In this document: one piece after another, positions 37,808-47,262 of the stretch
Layout of the letters: each line of letters opens with the position of its first letter
Position numbering within the stretch: position 1 is the first letter of the stretch
Program-made: the position numbers and the translations under genes
DNA from: a virus
Reading direction: 5' to 3' (one strand)
Length of the DNA: 64,000 bases
IMG/VR virus record: IMGVR_UViG_3300037234_000438
Location: 15,212 to 79,211 of that record
The notes under the pieces: generated by a model
What the model saw: only the letters and a program-made list of their open reading frames with translations
What the model was told of the DNA's origin: nothing
Database searches by the model: none

Positions 37808-38634
37808 GCAAGGATACTTACCTAAATGGCTACGATGAGGTGGCTGGGAATAAGAAATATCTGACCGGCTCGCAAATTACTACAATGTGTGAGTGCCCAG
37901 TCGAGTACCGTAAGAGATACATTGAACGGCTACCGACGGCACCTAGCTCATCGATAGCCTTTGGACTGAGTGGGCATAAGGCTGAAGAGGTAAACTTACG
38001 TCAGAAGATCAAGACTAAAAAGGATGAACCTTTAGACGTTGTTCTTGATATTTTTAACCACACGCTGAAAGAATACAGGTCGGACATTGAGTGGAGCAAA
38101 GATGAGCGTAAGGTCGGCAAGAGGAAATCGTTCAACGCCCTCCAAGTCGAAGGGATGGACACGATGGAGAAGGTCCATCTTGAAATATCGCCAAAGATAA
38201 AGCCTCTCAGCGTGGAAGAAAAAGTGCGTATAACCCTCAAAGACTTTCCGTTTGATATTTTGGGAACACCTGACGTTATGACTCGTAGGGATGTGCTCGA
38301 TTTTAAATTTATGAAGCGGAGCCCAAATCAAAAAACTGCTGACAACAACCTAAACTTAACAATCTACAGTATGGCAAAAGCCATTAGGGACAATAGGTTG
38401 CCCCGATTTGTTAGATTGATTGGCGGTGTCCGCTTGAAATCTGGGGCCAAAACTTTCGACATTAAGTCAAAACGAAACGAGAGCGACTTCAAGCAAGTTC
38501 TTCGGACTGTTGGTAAGATCCAGAAGATTATCGAGAATGACATTTGGCTCCCAGCCTCTATTTTATCTTGGAAATGTTCGCCTGGTTTTTGTTCCTACTT
38601 CAATCAATGTACTGAAAAAATGGTGAGAAAATGA
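37804..38634 (+). CDS. PD-(D/E)XK exonuclease, AddB/Cas4-like
   Basis: CP...Y, G...H, G.PD....DFK, C-terminal C....C.....C. Confidence 0.8.
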   Translation: MSKDTYLNGYDEVAGNKKYLTGSQITTMCECPVEYRKRYIERLPTAPSSSIAFGLSGHKAEEVNLRQKIKTKKDEPLDVVLDIFNHTLKEYRSDIEWSKDERKVGKRKSFNALQVEGMDTMEKVHLEISPKIKPLSVEEKVRITLKDFPFDILGTPDVMTRRDVLDFKFMKRSPNQKTADNNLNLTIYSMAKAIRDNRLPRFVRLIGGVRLKSGAKTFDIKSKRNESDFKQVLRTVGKIQKIIENDIWLPASILSWKCSPGFCSYFNQCTEKMVRK

Positions 38635-39323
38635 CGAGGGAAGGGGCAATAGATAAATATAAGACCGGGGAAATAACTTGGTATAAACTCTGGAAGCTCT
38701 ACGGAGATATCGATAAGCATGCTTTCCATGTTCGCCTGAAAAAAGGAGCCTCTCCAGAGGAGGCTCTGATGCCGGCGCAGCGCAAAGAGTATCAGTTCAA
38801 GGGCGAGAAGTTGACACTCACAGAGATATCAATGAAAACCGGAGTGTCTGCTAGCACTTTATGGGGAAGGATTAATAATTACAAAATGAGCGCTGAGGAA
38901 GCAGCAAGGCCTTTTAAGAAAAAAGATAAATATGACAACTGTGGCGGATATCCAGGAACTTGCCACAACGGGAAGCTAAAGCACTTACACATTATCGCTG
39001 CCGAAAAAGCGCTAGGACGCCCTTTGCCGAAAGGTGCAGAGGTTCATCATGTTGACGGAAACAAGGAAAATCACGACAACACCAACCTTGTGATCGCAGA
39101 GAATAAATCTTACCACCTCCTGCTACATCGCAGGACAAACTCACTTAGGGCGACTGGTGATCCAAACTTCAGAAGGTGCCAATTCTGTAAAGGTTGGAGT
39201 GACCCTCGGACCGACAGTATCCATGTCAATACACGCGACAGGTCTTATCATAAGGAGTGCCTACGGCTCGACAACAAGAAGAGAAAGGCCGCATATAAAA
39301 ACAAAGCCAAGGGGACAAAATGA
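38631..39323 (+). CDS. HNH endonuclease with N-terminal DNA-binding repeats
   Basis: LGRPL...EVHHVDGNKENHD..NL......H...H. Confidence 0.85.
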   Translation: MTREGAIDKYKTGEITWYKLWKLYGDIDKHAFHVRLKKGASPEEALMPAQRKEYQFKGEKLTLTEISMKTGVSASTLWGRINNYKMSAEEAARPFKKKDKYDNCGGYPGTCHNGKLKHLHIIAAEKALGRPLPKGAEVHHVDGNKENHDNTNLVIAENKSYHLLLHRRTNSLRATGDPNFRRCQFCKGWSDPRTDSIHVNTRDRSYHKECLRLDNKKRKAAYKNKAKGTK

Positions 39324-39685
39324 GCCACAACATAGACACATTTAAACTGAAAAAACTGGAAAACTTCTCCTTTCCGATAAAGTCGCTATATAAAAGCGAG
39401 CGCCAAGATTGGCATCCAAGGCGTATTGACAACGATGACGGTGCTGTGACATTCGCGAGTATGGGAACCGAGCTCAGTGGAACTGTTGAAGATGACACAT
39501 TCCACATGGCAGAGATATCGTGCTATGGAGAAGGTAGTGGTACGGTTATGCGTGAAATGCTTGAGCCGGCGTTCGCAGACAGCAAGGGCACGCTGATTGC
39601 TTCCTGTGTTTGGGAGGGAGGAGACAATATTGATCGACTTGAAGTTGTTGGTGGCGAAGTAAAGTGGATTGATATTGAGATATAG
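39320..39685 (+). CDS. hypothetical protein
   Basis: ATGA overlap; GEGSG..WEGGD motifs. Confidence 0.65.
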   Translation: MSHNIDTFKLKKLENFSFPIKSLYKSERQDWHPRRIDNDDGAVTFASMGTELSGTVEDDTFHMAEISCYGEGSGTVMREMLEPAFADSKGTLIASCVWEGGDNIDRLEVVGGEVKWIDIEI

Positions 39686-39716
39686 GGAACAGAAAATAAT
39701 TAACCAGGAGTGAAAA

Positions 39717-40796
39717 ATGAAAGAAGATAAGGCAGTAGCGAAGCTTGGAGAAGGCGAAAGCTTCTCTCTCGTACCGAAAACATTAGATGAGGCGATGAAG
39801 TTTTCCGAAATTATTAGCAAGACGGACATGGTTCCGAAGGACTTCATCGGCAAGCCCGGCAATATCCTCGTAGCTATACAGATGGGCCTCGAGATAGGAC
39901 TTCCTCCCTTACAGGCTCTCCAGAATATCGCCGTGATTAATGGTAGACCTTGCTTGTACGGAGACTCGGCTCTTGCCTTGGTCAAAATCCATCCGAGGTG
40001 CGAGTATGTCCACGAATACTACTTAGACAAGAAGGGAGAGAAGACTATTGGCGACGACTACCAGACTGCTGTGTGCGTAGTTAAGCGCAGGGGGCAGGGA
40101 GAGGAAAAGCGTACTTTCAGCCTGGAAGACGCCAAGAAGGCAAAGCTTCTCGTTAAGGTTGGTCCTTGGTCTGCCTACCCCAAGAGGATGTTGGGCATGC
40201 GTGCTAGAGGATTCGCTTTGCGTGATGTGTTTCCTGACGCTCTCAAGGGCCTCTCTATTGCGGAAGAGGCTCGCGACATCCCTCAGGCGCCCAAAGACGT
40301 CACCCCTAAAGAAACCGTAGTCGAGTCCCCCTATGAGGTGCCCGAGATTGATCGCACCGTCGAGGTAATGGTCAGCAAGGAAGCCGCTGCTGAGCCTCAA
40401 GGAGAAGAGACCCAGCAAGGTAGCGTAGCAGCCGACAAAGTAACTCCTCTCTTAGCCGCCATTGACGAACTCGCTCATTCCAGGCACGCCGACAATTGGC
40501 TAACGAAGCACAGCACTGAAATCTCGGCACTATCCAACAATGAAACATCAGTCGTTATGGGTGCCTTCAAGGTCAAGCGTGAAGAGCTTGCTGCCGACGA
40601 GCACACCGAAGAGGAGACTTCCGCTGACAACGAAGAAACTCTCGCTGATGGCTTCAAGGATAAAATAGAGGCTGCTGAAGATCTTCCCGCTCTCGATGTT
40701 TTATTTGACGAGGCTCAAGGTAAAATAAAAACCGGCAAGCTAATTGTTCAGCTTAAGAGGGCTCGAGATAAAAAGGCTCAGGAGTTGAAGGCGTAA
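39717..40796 (+). CDS. recT: RecT/Bet-like ssDNA annealing protein
   Basis: GLEIGLPPLQALQNIAVINGRP; W..YPKRML..RA..FALRDVFPD. Confidence 0.85.
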   Translation: MKEDKAVAKLGEGESFSLVPKTLDEAMKFSEIISKTDMVPKDFIGKPGNILVAIQMGLEIGLPPLQALQNIAVINGRPCLYGDSALALVKIHPRCEYVHEYYLDKKGEKTIGDDYQTAVCVVKRRGQGEEKRTFSLEDAKKAKLLVKVGPWSAYPKRMLGMRARGFALRDVFPDALKGLSIAEEARDIPQAPKDVTPKETVVESPYEVPEIDRTVEVMVSKEAAAEPQGEETQQGSVAADKVTPLLAAIDELAHSRHADNWLTKHSTEISALSNNETSVVMGAFKVKREELAADEHTEEETSADNEETLADGFKDKIEAAEDLPALDVLFDEAQGKIKTGKLIVQLKRARDKKAQELKA

Positions 40797-40964
40797 TAAC
40801 TAATAGAGCTGAGGAGTTGGGAATGACCATGCTGAAAGTTGAAAACCACAAAAGAGTATCTGAATATGATGGAGCCTATAAGTGCCTCGACTGTAAAAGT
40901 GAATGGGGAGCATTGCAAGGAAACCCTGAAATGCCGAGGGAATGTTTAGTGGCTGGGGTTAGAA
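40794..40964 (-). mobile_element. long attC-like site containing an ORF start
   Basis: Minus strand AAC-CCCAGCCACTAAAC...CCTCAGCTC-TATTA-GTTATTA. Confidence 0.5.
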
Positions 40965-41123
40965 GGCCTTGTTAATTTATGGCAAAAGAGATGGAAGAAC
41001 CTGCTAGAAATGGCGGATAAGCATGGAGAGCGGAAAGAATATCTAATGGCACATGAATGCAGGGTACAGGCCCATGTGTTTATTGATGTAGTAAGAGAGT
41101 TGAAAGAGAGATTGGCCACCTAA
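40823..41123 (+). pseudogene. ORF split by a +1 shift at the cassette junction (G4 at 40955-40958)
   Basis: 40823 ORF stops at 40975; the +1 frame (LEGLVNLWQKRW...) is open to 41123 with no good start. Confidence 0.45.
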
Positions 41124-41310
41124 CAAATGAACTAAGGAGGTTGCGGATTATGGGAAAATGCGACATTTGCGGAGTGCCAAACGGAGGACACGTTTTTACA
41201 TGCCAAAACGCTGAAAAAACAAACAATGATTCAAATACACAAGTTTTTTTAGAAGGCTACAATTCGAATAAAGAAACTGTTAGCAACCCTGCTTCAGTGG
41301 CTTGTTATGA
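41118..41310 (-). mobile_element. long attC-like site containing the start of ORF 41141
   Basis: Minus strand TCATAAC-AAGCC-ACTGAAGCAGG...CCTTAGTTCATTT-GTTAGGT. Confidence 0.55.
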
Positions 41311-41461
41311 TGAAATTATAGGGGCAATCAAGAACGCTCCCTTAACGCAATTACCCGCAATATTGATGAACACAGTTGAGGCGTGTATTGAACGCAATGT
41401 TTTTATAAGCGGCGATAGGCTAGTTGATGTTGTAGGCAAGATTGTTAAAAGGCTGTCATAA
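41141..41461 (+). CDS. hypothetical protein reading through an attC R box
   Basis: AAGGAGG RBS; 3' part bounded by GTTATGA...TCATAAC. Confidence 0.6.
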   Translation: MRIMGKCDICGVPNGGHVFTCQNAEKTNNDSNTQVFLEGYNSNKETVSNPASVACYDEIIGAIKNAPLTQLPAILMNTVEACIERNVFISGDRLVDVVGKIVKRLS

Positions 41462-41583
41462 CTGTTTGAAATTAAGTGCCGCATTTGGTGGCAAAAAGGT
41501 GGGAGGGCAATGAGGCCGAAAGAAAAGGAAACAACCCGATTAGGCAAGCTGTGTAGCGGTGAATTTGCATTGTGGGGTTATTT
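41456..41583 (-). mobile_element. attC-like site
   Basis: Minus strand AAATAAC-CCCAC-AATGCAAATTCACCGC...GCGGCACTTAATTT-CAAACA-GTTATGA. Confidence 0.7.
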
Positions 41584-41618
41584 TGCGCGAATTTTTAAAG
41601 GAATTGGAGGGAAAGATT

Positions 41619-41831
41619 ATGGCAGATGCAAGTAGTTCTTCGTCAGGCATTGGGGTTCTAGGCTTATTGGGCGTTTCATTTGTGGTGCTAAAGTTAACAG
41701 GGGTTATAGGCTGGTCTTGGTGGTACATAACAATGCCGTTTTGGGGAGGTATCGCAATTGTATTGATAATACTTCTTGGCGTTTTAGGATTTTTCTTAGT
41801 GAAACCATTCTTTAAGAAGAAAGCAATATAG
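41619..41831 (+). CDS. small membrane protein (SSSGIG...LKLTGVI.WSWW...P.W type)
   Basis: Recognisable phage TM motif; GGAGG RBS. Confidence 0.75.
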   Translation: MADASSSSSGIGVLGLLGVSFVVLKLTGVIGWSWWYITMPFWGGIAIVLIILLGVLGFFLVKPFFKKKAI

Positions 41832-41936
41832 CAATACTCATATACTGACTTTTAAACCTTTACTAGGCGACGATATAACAGGGCGGAAATGGAATTCAAA
41901 CTTTATCAAATTACGGACAGGGGAGGGAGGTCTTAA

Positions 41937-42326
41937 ATGGACACATTGATTCAAATATTACAGGAACTTAAAGGCATCTCTGGTCCCGCAATGTGGGTCG
42001 GAGTTGTCACTATAATTCTCTTATTCGCCTACAAGATTGCGCTAGTCGGCTCTGTTTATGGCGTGATCAAGTTTGGGATTCAAAAGGTTCATGACGTAAT
42101 GGTTAAACCTCGTCATGAATTAGTGGAGAGGCGCGTCGATGTGAAGGCTGAGCTGAATGGAATAACTATAGGTGATGAAGTTGATTACCTCATAGCGCAG
42201 ATCACTCGGATTAAAGGGCGACACATCGGCGGTGGCGCTGGCATCTATATCCATCATAGCGACATAGACTGGTTACGCAAAGCAATTGATGAGAGGGCCG
42301 ACAAAGATCTCAAGGAGAAGCAATAA
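41937..42326 (+). CDS. membrane-anchored hypothetical protein
   Basis: GGAGG RBS; TM helix. Confidence 0.65.
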   Translation: MDTLIQILQELKGISGPAMWVGVVTIILLFAYKIALVGSVYGVIKFGIQKVHDVMVKPRHELVERRVDVKAELNGITIGDEVDYLIAQITRIKGRHIGGGAGIYIHHSDIDWLRKAIDERADKDLKEKQ

Positions 42327-42592
42327 TGGCAAAATGGAAAGACAGATCAAAGGTGTGCGCGGCCCCAGAGATAGTAGAATCCGAGATACGTCTCGGGATA
42401 TTCAGACTGACAGTTCATAGACATATCCACCATGAACCCGACGTGTGGCTGGCCTCCTGCTGCGGACTATTTGATCAAGCCGTGCTCGAAAGCAAAGACC
42501 TGTCGGAAGCTAAGTGTCAAGCTGCATCAAAAGTGAGGATGATTTTAGAGGCGGCTCTTAAAAATATAGATGCAGGAGATGCTGATGGATAA
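42326..42592 (+). CDS. hypothetical protein
   Basis: TAATG coupling. Confidence 0.65.
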   Translation: MAKWKDRSKVCAAPEIVESEIRLGIFRLTVHRHIHHEPDVWLASCCGLFDQAVLESKDLSEAKCQAASKVRMILEAALKNIDAGDADG

Positions 42593-43010
42593 AAAGATCA
42601 TATCATTCACGATTCACCAGAACCCGGTCCCTCAGGGCCGCCCAAGGTTTGCATCGAAAGGGAGGGGTGGAAAGCCTCTTCCTTTTGTTAGGACTTACGA
42701 CCCTGCCAAATCTAGGGATTGGAAGAAGGTGGTTGCGGAGCAGGCTATGTTAAGTGGGGCCAACGTCTTGCTGGAGGGACCCCTTAAGATGGTGATGACA
42801 TTCAGGCTGGCACGCCCCAAGTCTCTGCCGAAGAAAACAATTTATCACATTAAAAAGCCTGACGTATCCAACCTTGCTAAGGGAATCGAAGACGCACTTG
42901 AAGGCTTTTGCTATCCGAGAGATCAGCAGATTGTCGAATCTCATCTTTTCAAGGAATACGAGAGGGCAGGATTTCCTCCATGTGTAATCATCACTATTGA
43001 GCAGATATGA
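42585..43010 (+). CDS. rusA: RusA-family Holliday junction resolvase
   Basis: PVPQGRPRF; KPDVSNLAKGIEDAL..D.QIV. Confidence 0.88.
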   Translation: MDKKIISFTIHQNPVPQGRPRFASKGRGGKPLPFVRTYDPAKSRDWKKVVAEQAMLSGANVLLEGPLKMVMTFRLARPKSLPKKTIYHIKKPDVSNLAKGIEDALEGFCYPRDQQIVESHLFKEYERAGFPPCVIITIEQI

Positions 43011-43112
43011 AGAATTTACGCATGCAGAACACCAAAGCCTTAAATGAATTAATCTCTATATGTTGGCTGGTGGTGATTATTTTCATCCTAACCCAGTTGG
43101 AATTATTAATTA

Positions 43113-43164
43113 TTGACTTCGGATGTTTCTGGTGGTAGGATTTGCCTACACATCAGAAACATCC
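43113..43164 (+). promoter_or_regulatory. sigma70 promoter overlapped by a long inverted repeat
   Basis: TTGACT-N17-TAGGAT; arms 43121-43139 / 43145-43164. Confidence 0.6.
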
Positions 43165-43194
43165 ATCCTTTAACTCTGTAGCAGGGGAAAGCAG

Positions 43195-43338
43195 ATGAAA
43201 CAATATTTCAAATCAATAGAGGTCATTTCGAGTGCCGGGTTACCGGAACGGCTATCTACATCTGCACCGTCTGCTAACATTCGAAGTGGCCTTTATCGAT
43301 TCGAGATACCACTTATAAGTCAAAGCGACTACCTATGA
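43195..43338 (+). CDS. 47-aa putative leader peptide coupled to the initiator
   Basis: AGGGG RBS; ATGA overlap with 43335, which lacks its own RBS. Confidence 0.45.
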   Translation: MKQYFKSIEVISSAGLPERLSTSAPSANIRSGLYRFEIPLISQSDYL

Positions 43339-44156
43339 GAAGAAAGCATAAAACAGGACTAGACTACTTTTCTTTTGATGTTGATTTTTTCAACGATGAG
43401 AAGATTGAATTTGTTTCTGCAAAGTATGGTCTTGTTGGAGAATTAATTGTCGTAAAGTTGCTTTGCCGGATATACCGAAATGGATATTTTTTGCAATGGG
43501 GAGAAGATGAATGCCTGTTATTTGCGAAGCGATCTGGTGGAAATATTGACGTTGAAATGGTGAAAAATGTAGTCGATGAATTAGTGGTAAGGGAGTTTTT
43601 CCATGGGCAGATTTTTAAGGATTTTAGCGTTTTAACCTCCAATGGGGTCCAGCGAAGATTTTTGGAAGCAACCAAGAGGCGAAAAGATGTCGAAATGACA
43701 CAAAATTACTTAATTGCAGACATTGATGGCTACGATGTGAACATTGTTTCTTTAAATGTAGACATTTCTGCACAAAGTAAAGTAAAGGAAAGTAAAGTAA
43801 AGAAAAGAAGTAAAACCTTCTGCTCGGATTCTGTCGAATTCCGGCTCGCAGAATTTCTCCTGAAAGAGATCAGAAAAAATAATTCCAACTTCAAAGAGCC
43901 CAATCTGCAAACTTGGTCTAGGGAGTTTGATTCGATGATCAGGATAGACAAGAGAGACCCTAAATTGATCGGGAAAGTTATCCGGTGGTGTCAGGAAGAT
44001 AATGTGCCTGACCATGGGAATTTCTGCTGGGCCACGAATATCTTATCTGCCGGCACACTTAGAAAAAAATACGATATGCTTGTTATGAAGATGAACACGG
44101 GGAATGGAGGATCGGTAAACACCTCCCATTCGGCCCTCAACGGAGCGATACTGTGA
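43335..44156 (+). CDS. replication initiator, DUF4373-like
   Basis: GLDYFSFDVDFF.D.KI; LTS.G.Q.RF; W..NILS...LRKKYD.L. Confidence 0.8.
   Translation: MRRKHKTGLDYFSFDVDFFNDEKIEFVSAKYGLVGELIVVKLLCRIYRNGYFLQWGEDECLLFAKRSGGNIDVEMVKNVVDELVVREFFHGQIFKDFSVLTSNGVQRRFLEATKRRKDVEMTQNYLIADIDGYDVNIVSLNVDISAQSKVKESKVKKRSKTFCSDSVEFRLAEFLLKEIRKNNSNFKEPNLQTWSREFDSMIRIDKRDPKLIGKVIRWCQEDNVPDHGNFCWATNILSAGTLRKKYDMLVMKMNTGNGGSVNTSHSALNGAIL
43713..43813. repeat. putative replication origin: three iterons plus A-rich tract
   Basis: TGYRRACATT at 43715, 43736 and 43757 (21-bp period), then AAAGT repeats. Confidence 0.6.
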
Positions 44157-46048
44157 TCGATATATCCGAAATAAATAGAAGACTGAACAGCCAAGTTGAG
44201 TCCGTGTGCAGACATCTCCTACCCAACGGAAACATTAATGGCAGAGAATGGACTGTTGGCTCTATTGCTGGAGAGCCAGGGAAGTCTCTCAAGGTTTGCC
44301 TCTCTGGGGACAAGCTTGGCGTTTGGGCTGATTTTGCGGCAGGAGAAGGCGGAGACTTAATTAAGCTTTGGTGTGAAGTGAAAGGCCTTTCTGTTGGGGA
44401 TGCTCTGCGAGAGATCAAGAATTATCTCGGAATACACGAGACCGACTTCGAGGGCAAGAGAAACAAGAAGTGGAGAAAGCCTGAAGCTCCCAAGAATGTT
44501 AAAAAAGTCCAGCCGCTGTCTCCAGTCATGAAGTATCTCCAGGAGGAGCGGAAGATCACAGCCGATTCAATCCGAGAATTCAAAGTTAAAGAGTGTGAAG
44601 AGATTGGCCCTTGGAAGGGATGGAAGAAACAGAGCCCATGGAAAGGGCCTTGGATTGTTCTCCCGTTCCTGGACAGAGATGAACTCCTAAGTATCAAATA
44701 TCTCCATCTCAAAAAAAGGGATGGCAAAAAACAGACAATGGTCGAGGCTAATTGTCGCCCGTCGCTGTTTGGGTGGCAAGCCCTTGATTCAGACGAGCGC
44801 ACAGTTGCTATCTGTGAAGGGGAGATAGACTGCATGACTTTGTACCAGTACGGCGTCCCAGCGCTATCTGTCCCGTTTGGTGGAGGCGGCGGCAAGAAAC
44901 AGCAATGGGTTGAGTGCGAGTGGGAGAATCTCGAAAGGTTTGAAACAATATACCTCTGCATGGACATGGACAGGGAAGGGGACGTCGCAACCAAAGAGCT
45001 TATCACACGCCTCGGCAGACATCGGTGCCGCATTGTTAAGCTCCCACACAAAGACGCCAATGAATGTCTCCAAAAAGGAGTTGCTGCGTCAGTCATTAGC
45101 AAATGTTTCGATAGTGCGCAGACCCTTGATCCTGAGGAGCTGAAGCCGGCACCAATGTACGAAGATGCCGTAGTTGAAGAGTTCTACCCTTCGGGAGGCG
45201 TCACTCCAGGCTTTGAGCTCCCGTGGAAGAAACTAAAGGACAAGATTAAGATTAAACCTGGGGAGCTTTCAATCTGGACTGGTTGGTCGGGTCACGGGAA
45301 AAGCTTGACGCTCGGCCAGGTTATGCTTGCTGGGGCCTGCCAGGGAGAGAAGGTGTGCATAGCCTCTCTCGAGATGCATCCAAGAAAAACTCTCAGTAGG
45401 ATAACTAGGCAACTTTCCAACAAAAAGACACCGCCTCGAGCAGATATCTCTAGCTGCTTCCAGTGGTACGATGGGAAGTTTTGGATCTTCGATCTTCTTG
45501 GAACTGCCAAGGCTGACCGGATAGTTGAGGTTTTCAGATACGCCTATCACCGGTACGGAGTGAAGCAATTCGTGGTGGATAGCTTGATGAAGTGCGGGAT
45601 CGCAGAGGATGACTATAATGGCCAAAAGAATTTTATCGACACGCTGATGGATTTTTCTCACGAGACCGGTGGGCATGTTCATCTCGTTGCCCATTCCAGG
45701 AAAGGCTTAAGCGAAGAAACCATCGTTGGTCGTCTTGACGTTAGGGGTGGAGCTTCCATTACGGACCTCGCCGACAATGTTTACTCTATTTGGAGAAATA
45801 AAAAGAAAGCCACGGATTTGGCGACAATCGAGAGCGGCGGCACGGTTAAGGGGATGTCCGAAGCCGAGGTTCAATCTCAGCCAGATTGTCTCTTTATCAG
45901 CGATAAACAGCGAGATGGCGGGTGGGAAGGCAGGGCCGCATTATTTTTCGATCCTGAGTCGGAGAGATATTATGATAATTTCAACTACAAAGGCTTAATG
46001 TTTGGAACAATGGAAGACGTGAATGGGGAGGAGGACTGGAATGAGTAG
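44153..46048 (+). CDS. primase-helicase (T7 gp4/Twinkle-type)
   Basis: Toprim CEGEID, DMD..G, KDANE; Walker A GWSGHGKS; VDSL; HLVAHSRK. Confidence 0.92.
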   Translation: MIDISEINRRLNSQVESVCRHLLPNGNINGREWTVGSIAGEPGKSLKVCLSGDKLGVWADFAAGEGGDLIKLWCEVKGLSVGDALREIKNYLGIHETDFEGKRNKKWRKPEAPKNVKKVQPLSPVMKYLQEERKITADSIREFKVKECEEIGPWKGWKKQSPWKGPWIVLPFLDRDELLSIKYLHLKKRDGKKQTMVEANCRPSLFGWQALDSDERTVAICEGEIDCMTLYQYGVPALSVPFGGGGGKKQQWVECEWENLERFETIYLCMDMDREGDVATKELITRLGRHRCRIVKLPHKDANECLQKGVAASVISKCFDSAQTLDPEELKPAPMYEDAVVEEFYPSGGVTPGFELPWKKLKDKIKIKPGELSIWTGWSGHGKSLTLGQVMLAGACQGEKVCIASLEMHPRKTLSRITRQLSNKKTPPRADISSCFQWYDGKFWIFDLLGTAKADRIVEVFRYAYHRYGVKQFVVDSLMKCGIAEDDYNGQKNFIDTLMDFSHETGGHVHLVAHSRKGLSEETIVGRLDVRGGASITDLADNVYSIWRNKKKATDLATIESGGTVKGMSEAEVQSQPDCLFISDKQRDGGWEGRAALFFDPESERYYDNFNYKGLMFGTMEDVNGEEDWNE

Positions 46049-46210
46049 GATAGAAATTTGGATAAAAATAATGGACAGTCTCGACATATCAAAATGGTCG
46101 CATAGGCGCTTTGGAAACGCAGCTCATTTCATTTTATTCCCAATTATCACGTTTAAAGCCAGGTGGCAGAAGTTGGTGCGTAAAACAAAGGCAGTGATTG
46201 AGGATTTGCC

Positions 46211-46423
46211 ATGGACACAGTAAGCAACCTCCACAATCAGACAACCAAACGCATAAGCGAAGGGATGCTCCCTGGCGGCTACGCTAAACTCAAAGAGACA
46301 TATCCCAAAAATCTCGCAGCGACCGAGAAGGCCCTCGAAGATAATTTTACTGAAGAGGGTATTGCGAAGTACGAAGCGGCAATAATTAAAGGACTTAAGA
46401 AGGTGGACTTGTGGAAGAACTAA
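46211..46423 (+). CDS. hypothetical protein
   Basis: GAGG RBS. Confidence 0.55.
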   Translation: MDTVSNLHNQTTKRISEGMLPGGYAKLKETYPKNLAATEKALEDNFTEEGIAKYEAAIIKGLKKVDLWKN

Positions 46424-46953
46424 AGAACTTACTAACACTTAATACCGAGTCAGAGAATCCAGCTCACGAGCTCTACGGTAAACTTCGGCATGCGAAAAAC
46501 ATGGTAGGGGCTGGGATTTTCGGAATGGGCGCCATCTTGTCCACGATGAAGAAGTACGAACTATGGACGGGATACGCGCAGAGCTGGAGAGAGTTCTGTG
46601 CCGCCGAGGCCCACTCGTATAGCCATGCACAGAACTGTATCAGGCTCTACGATAAGTATGTAGGCGAGCTCAAGCTATCTGAAGACGTCATAGAGCAGCT
46701 CATCTGTAGAGATTACACTTGTCTAGGCGAAGTCTGTAAGGTGATAACTGTCGACGACGCAGAAGAGTGGGTGCATAAACTCTTAACCCTTGGCCGCCAA
46801 GATATAATCAAAGAAGTTCGATCTGCTCAAGGAAAAGAAGAAATTAATAAATCTGAAGTTGATAAAATCGTGCTCCTTTATTTCAGCCTTGCCACATGGG
46901 AGGAGCGGGCCGAGGTAAAACGAATTATCGAAGAGAGGGAAAGTAATGACTGA
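46411..46953 (+). CDS. helical hypothetical protein, possibly DNA-binding
   Basis: G..L......LW.GY..SW.EFC motif. Confidence 0.55.
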   Translation: MEELKNLLTLNTESENPAHELYGKLRHAKNMVGAGIFGMGAILSTMKKYELWTGYAQSWREFCAAEAHSYSHAQNCIRLYDKYVGELKLSEDVIEQLICRDYTCLGEVCKVITVDDAEEWVHKLLTLGRQDIIKEVRSAQGKEEINKSEVDKIVLLYFSLATWEERAEVKRIIEERESND

Positions 46954-47262
46954 GAAATTTATATTCAATCCGTTCAAGAACGTCCCACTAAACACTTTAA
47001 AGGTTTACGTGAGAGGAATAACTAACACAGGATGTCAAGTATTCCTGCCGATCAATAATTTCGATCATGAAATTCAGATAGAAAGAAGAGATGAATTGCA
47101 AAGATATCTCTACGCTACGACGTCACATTTGCGAAGTTGCCCGCCAGATAGCACTTAAATATTACCACAGGTCACCATTTTGCGGCATAGGATCGCAAAG
47201 CTCGGCATAGCGCATAGAAGGGGTAGGGGTTTTAGTAGAAAACGGATTGAGGAGGATTTTCA

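Noticed and set aside
37804-38634. Cas4-like nuclease as evidence of a CRISPR system
   Set aside because: No other cas genes are present; its position near recT fits a recombination exonuclease.
39699-39719. Recurrent AACCAGG(G)AG before many genes as a regulatory repeat
   Set aside because: Always at RBS position on both early and late genes; best explained as extended Shine-Dalgarno context.
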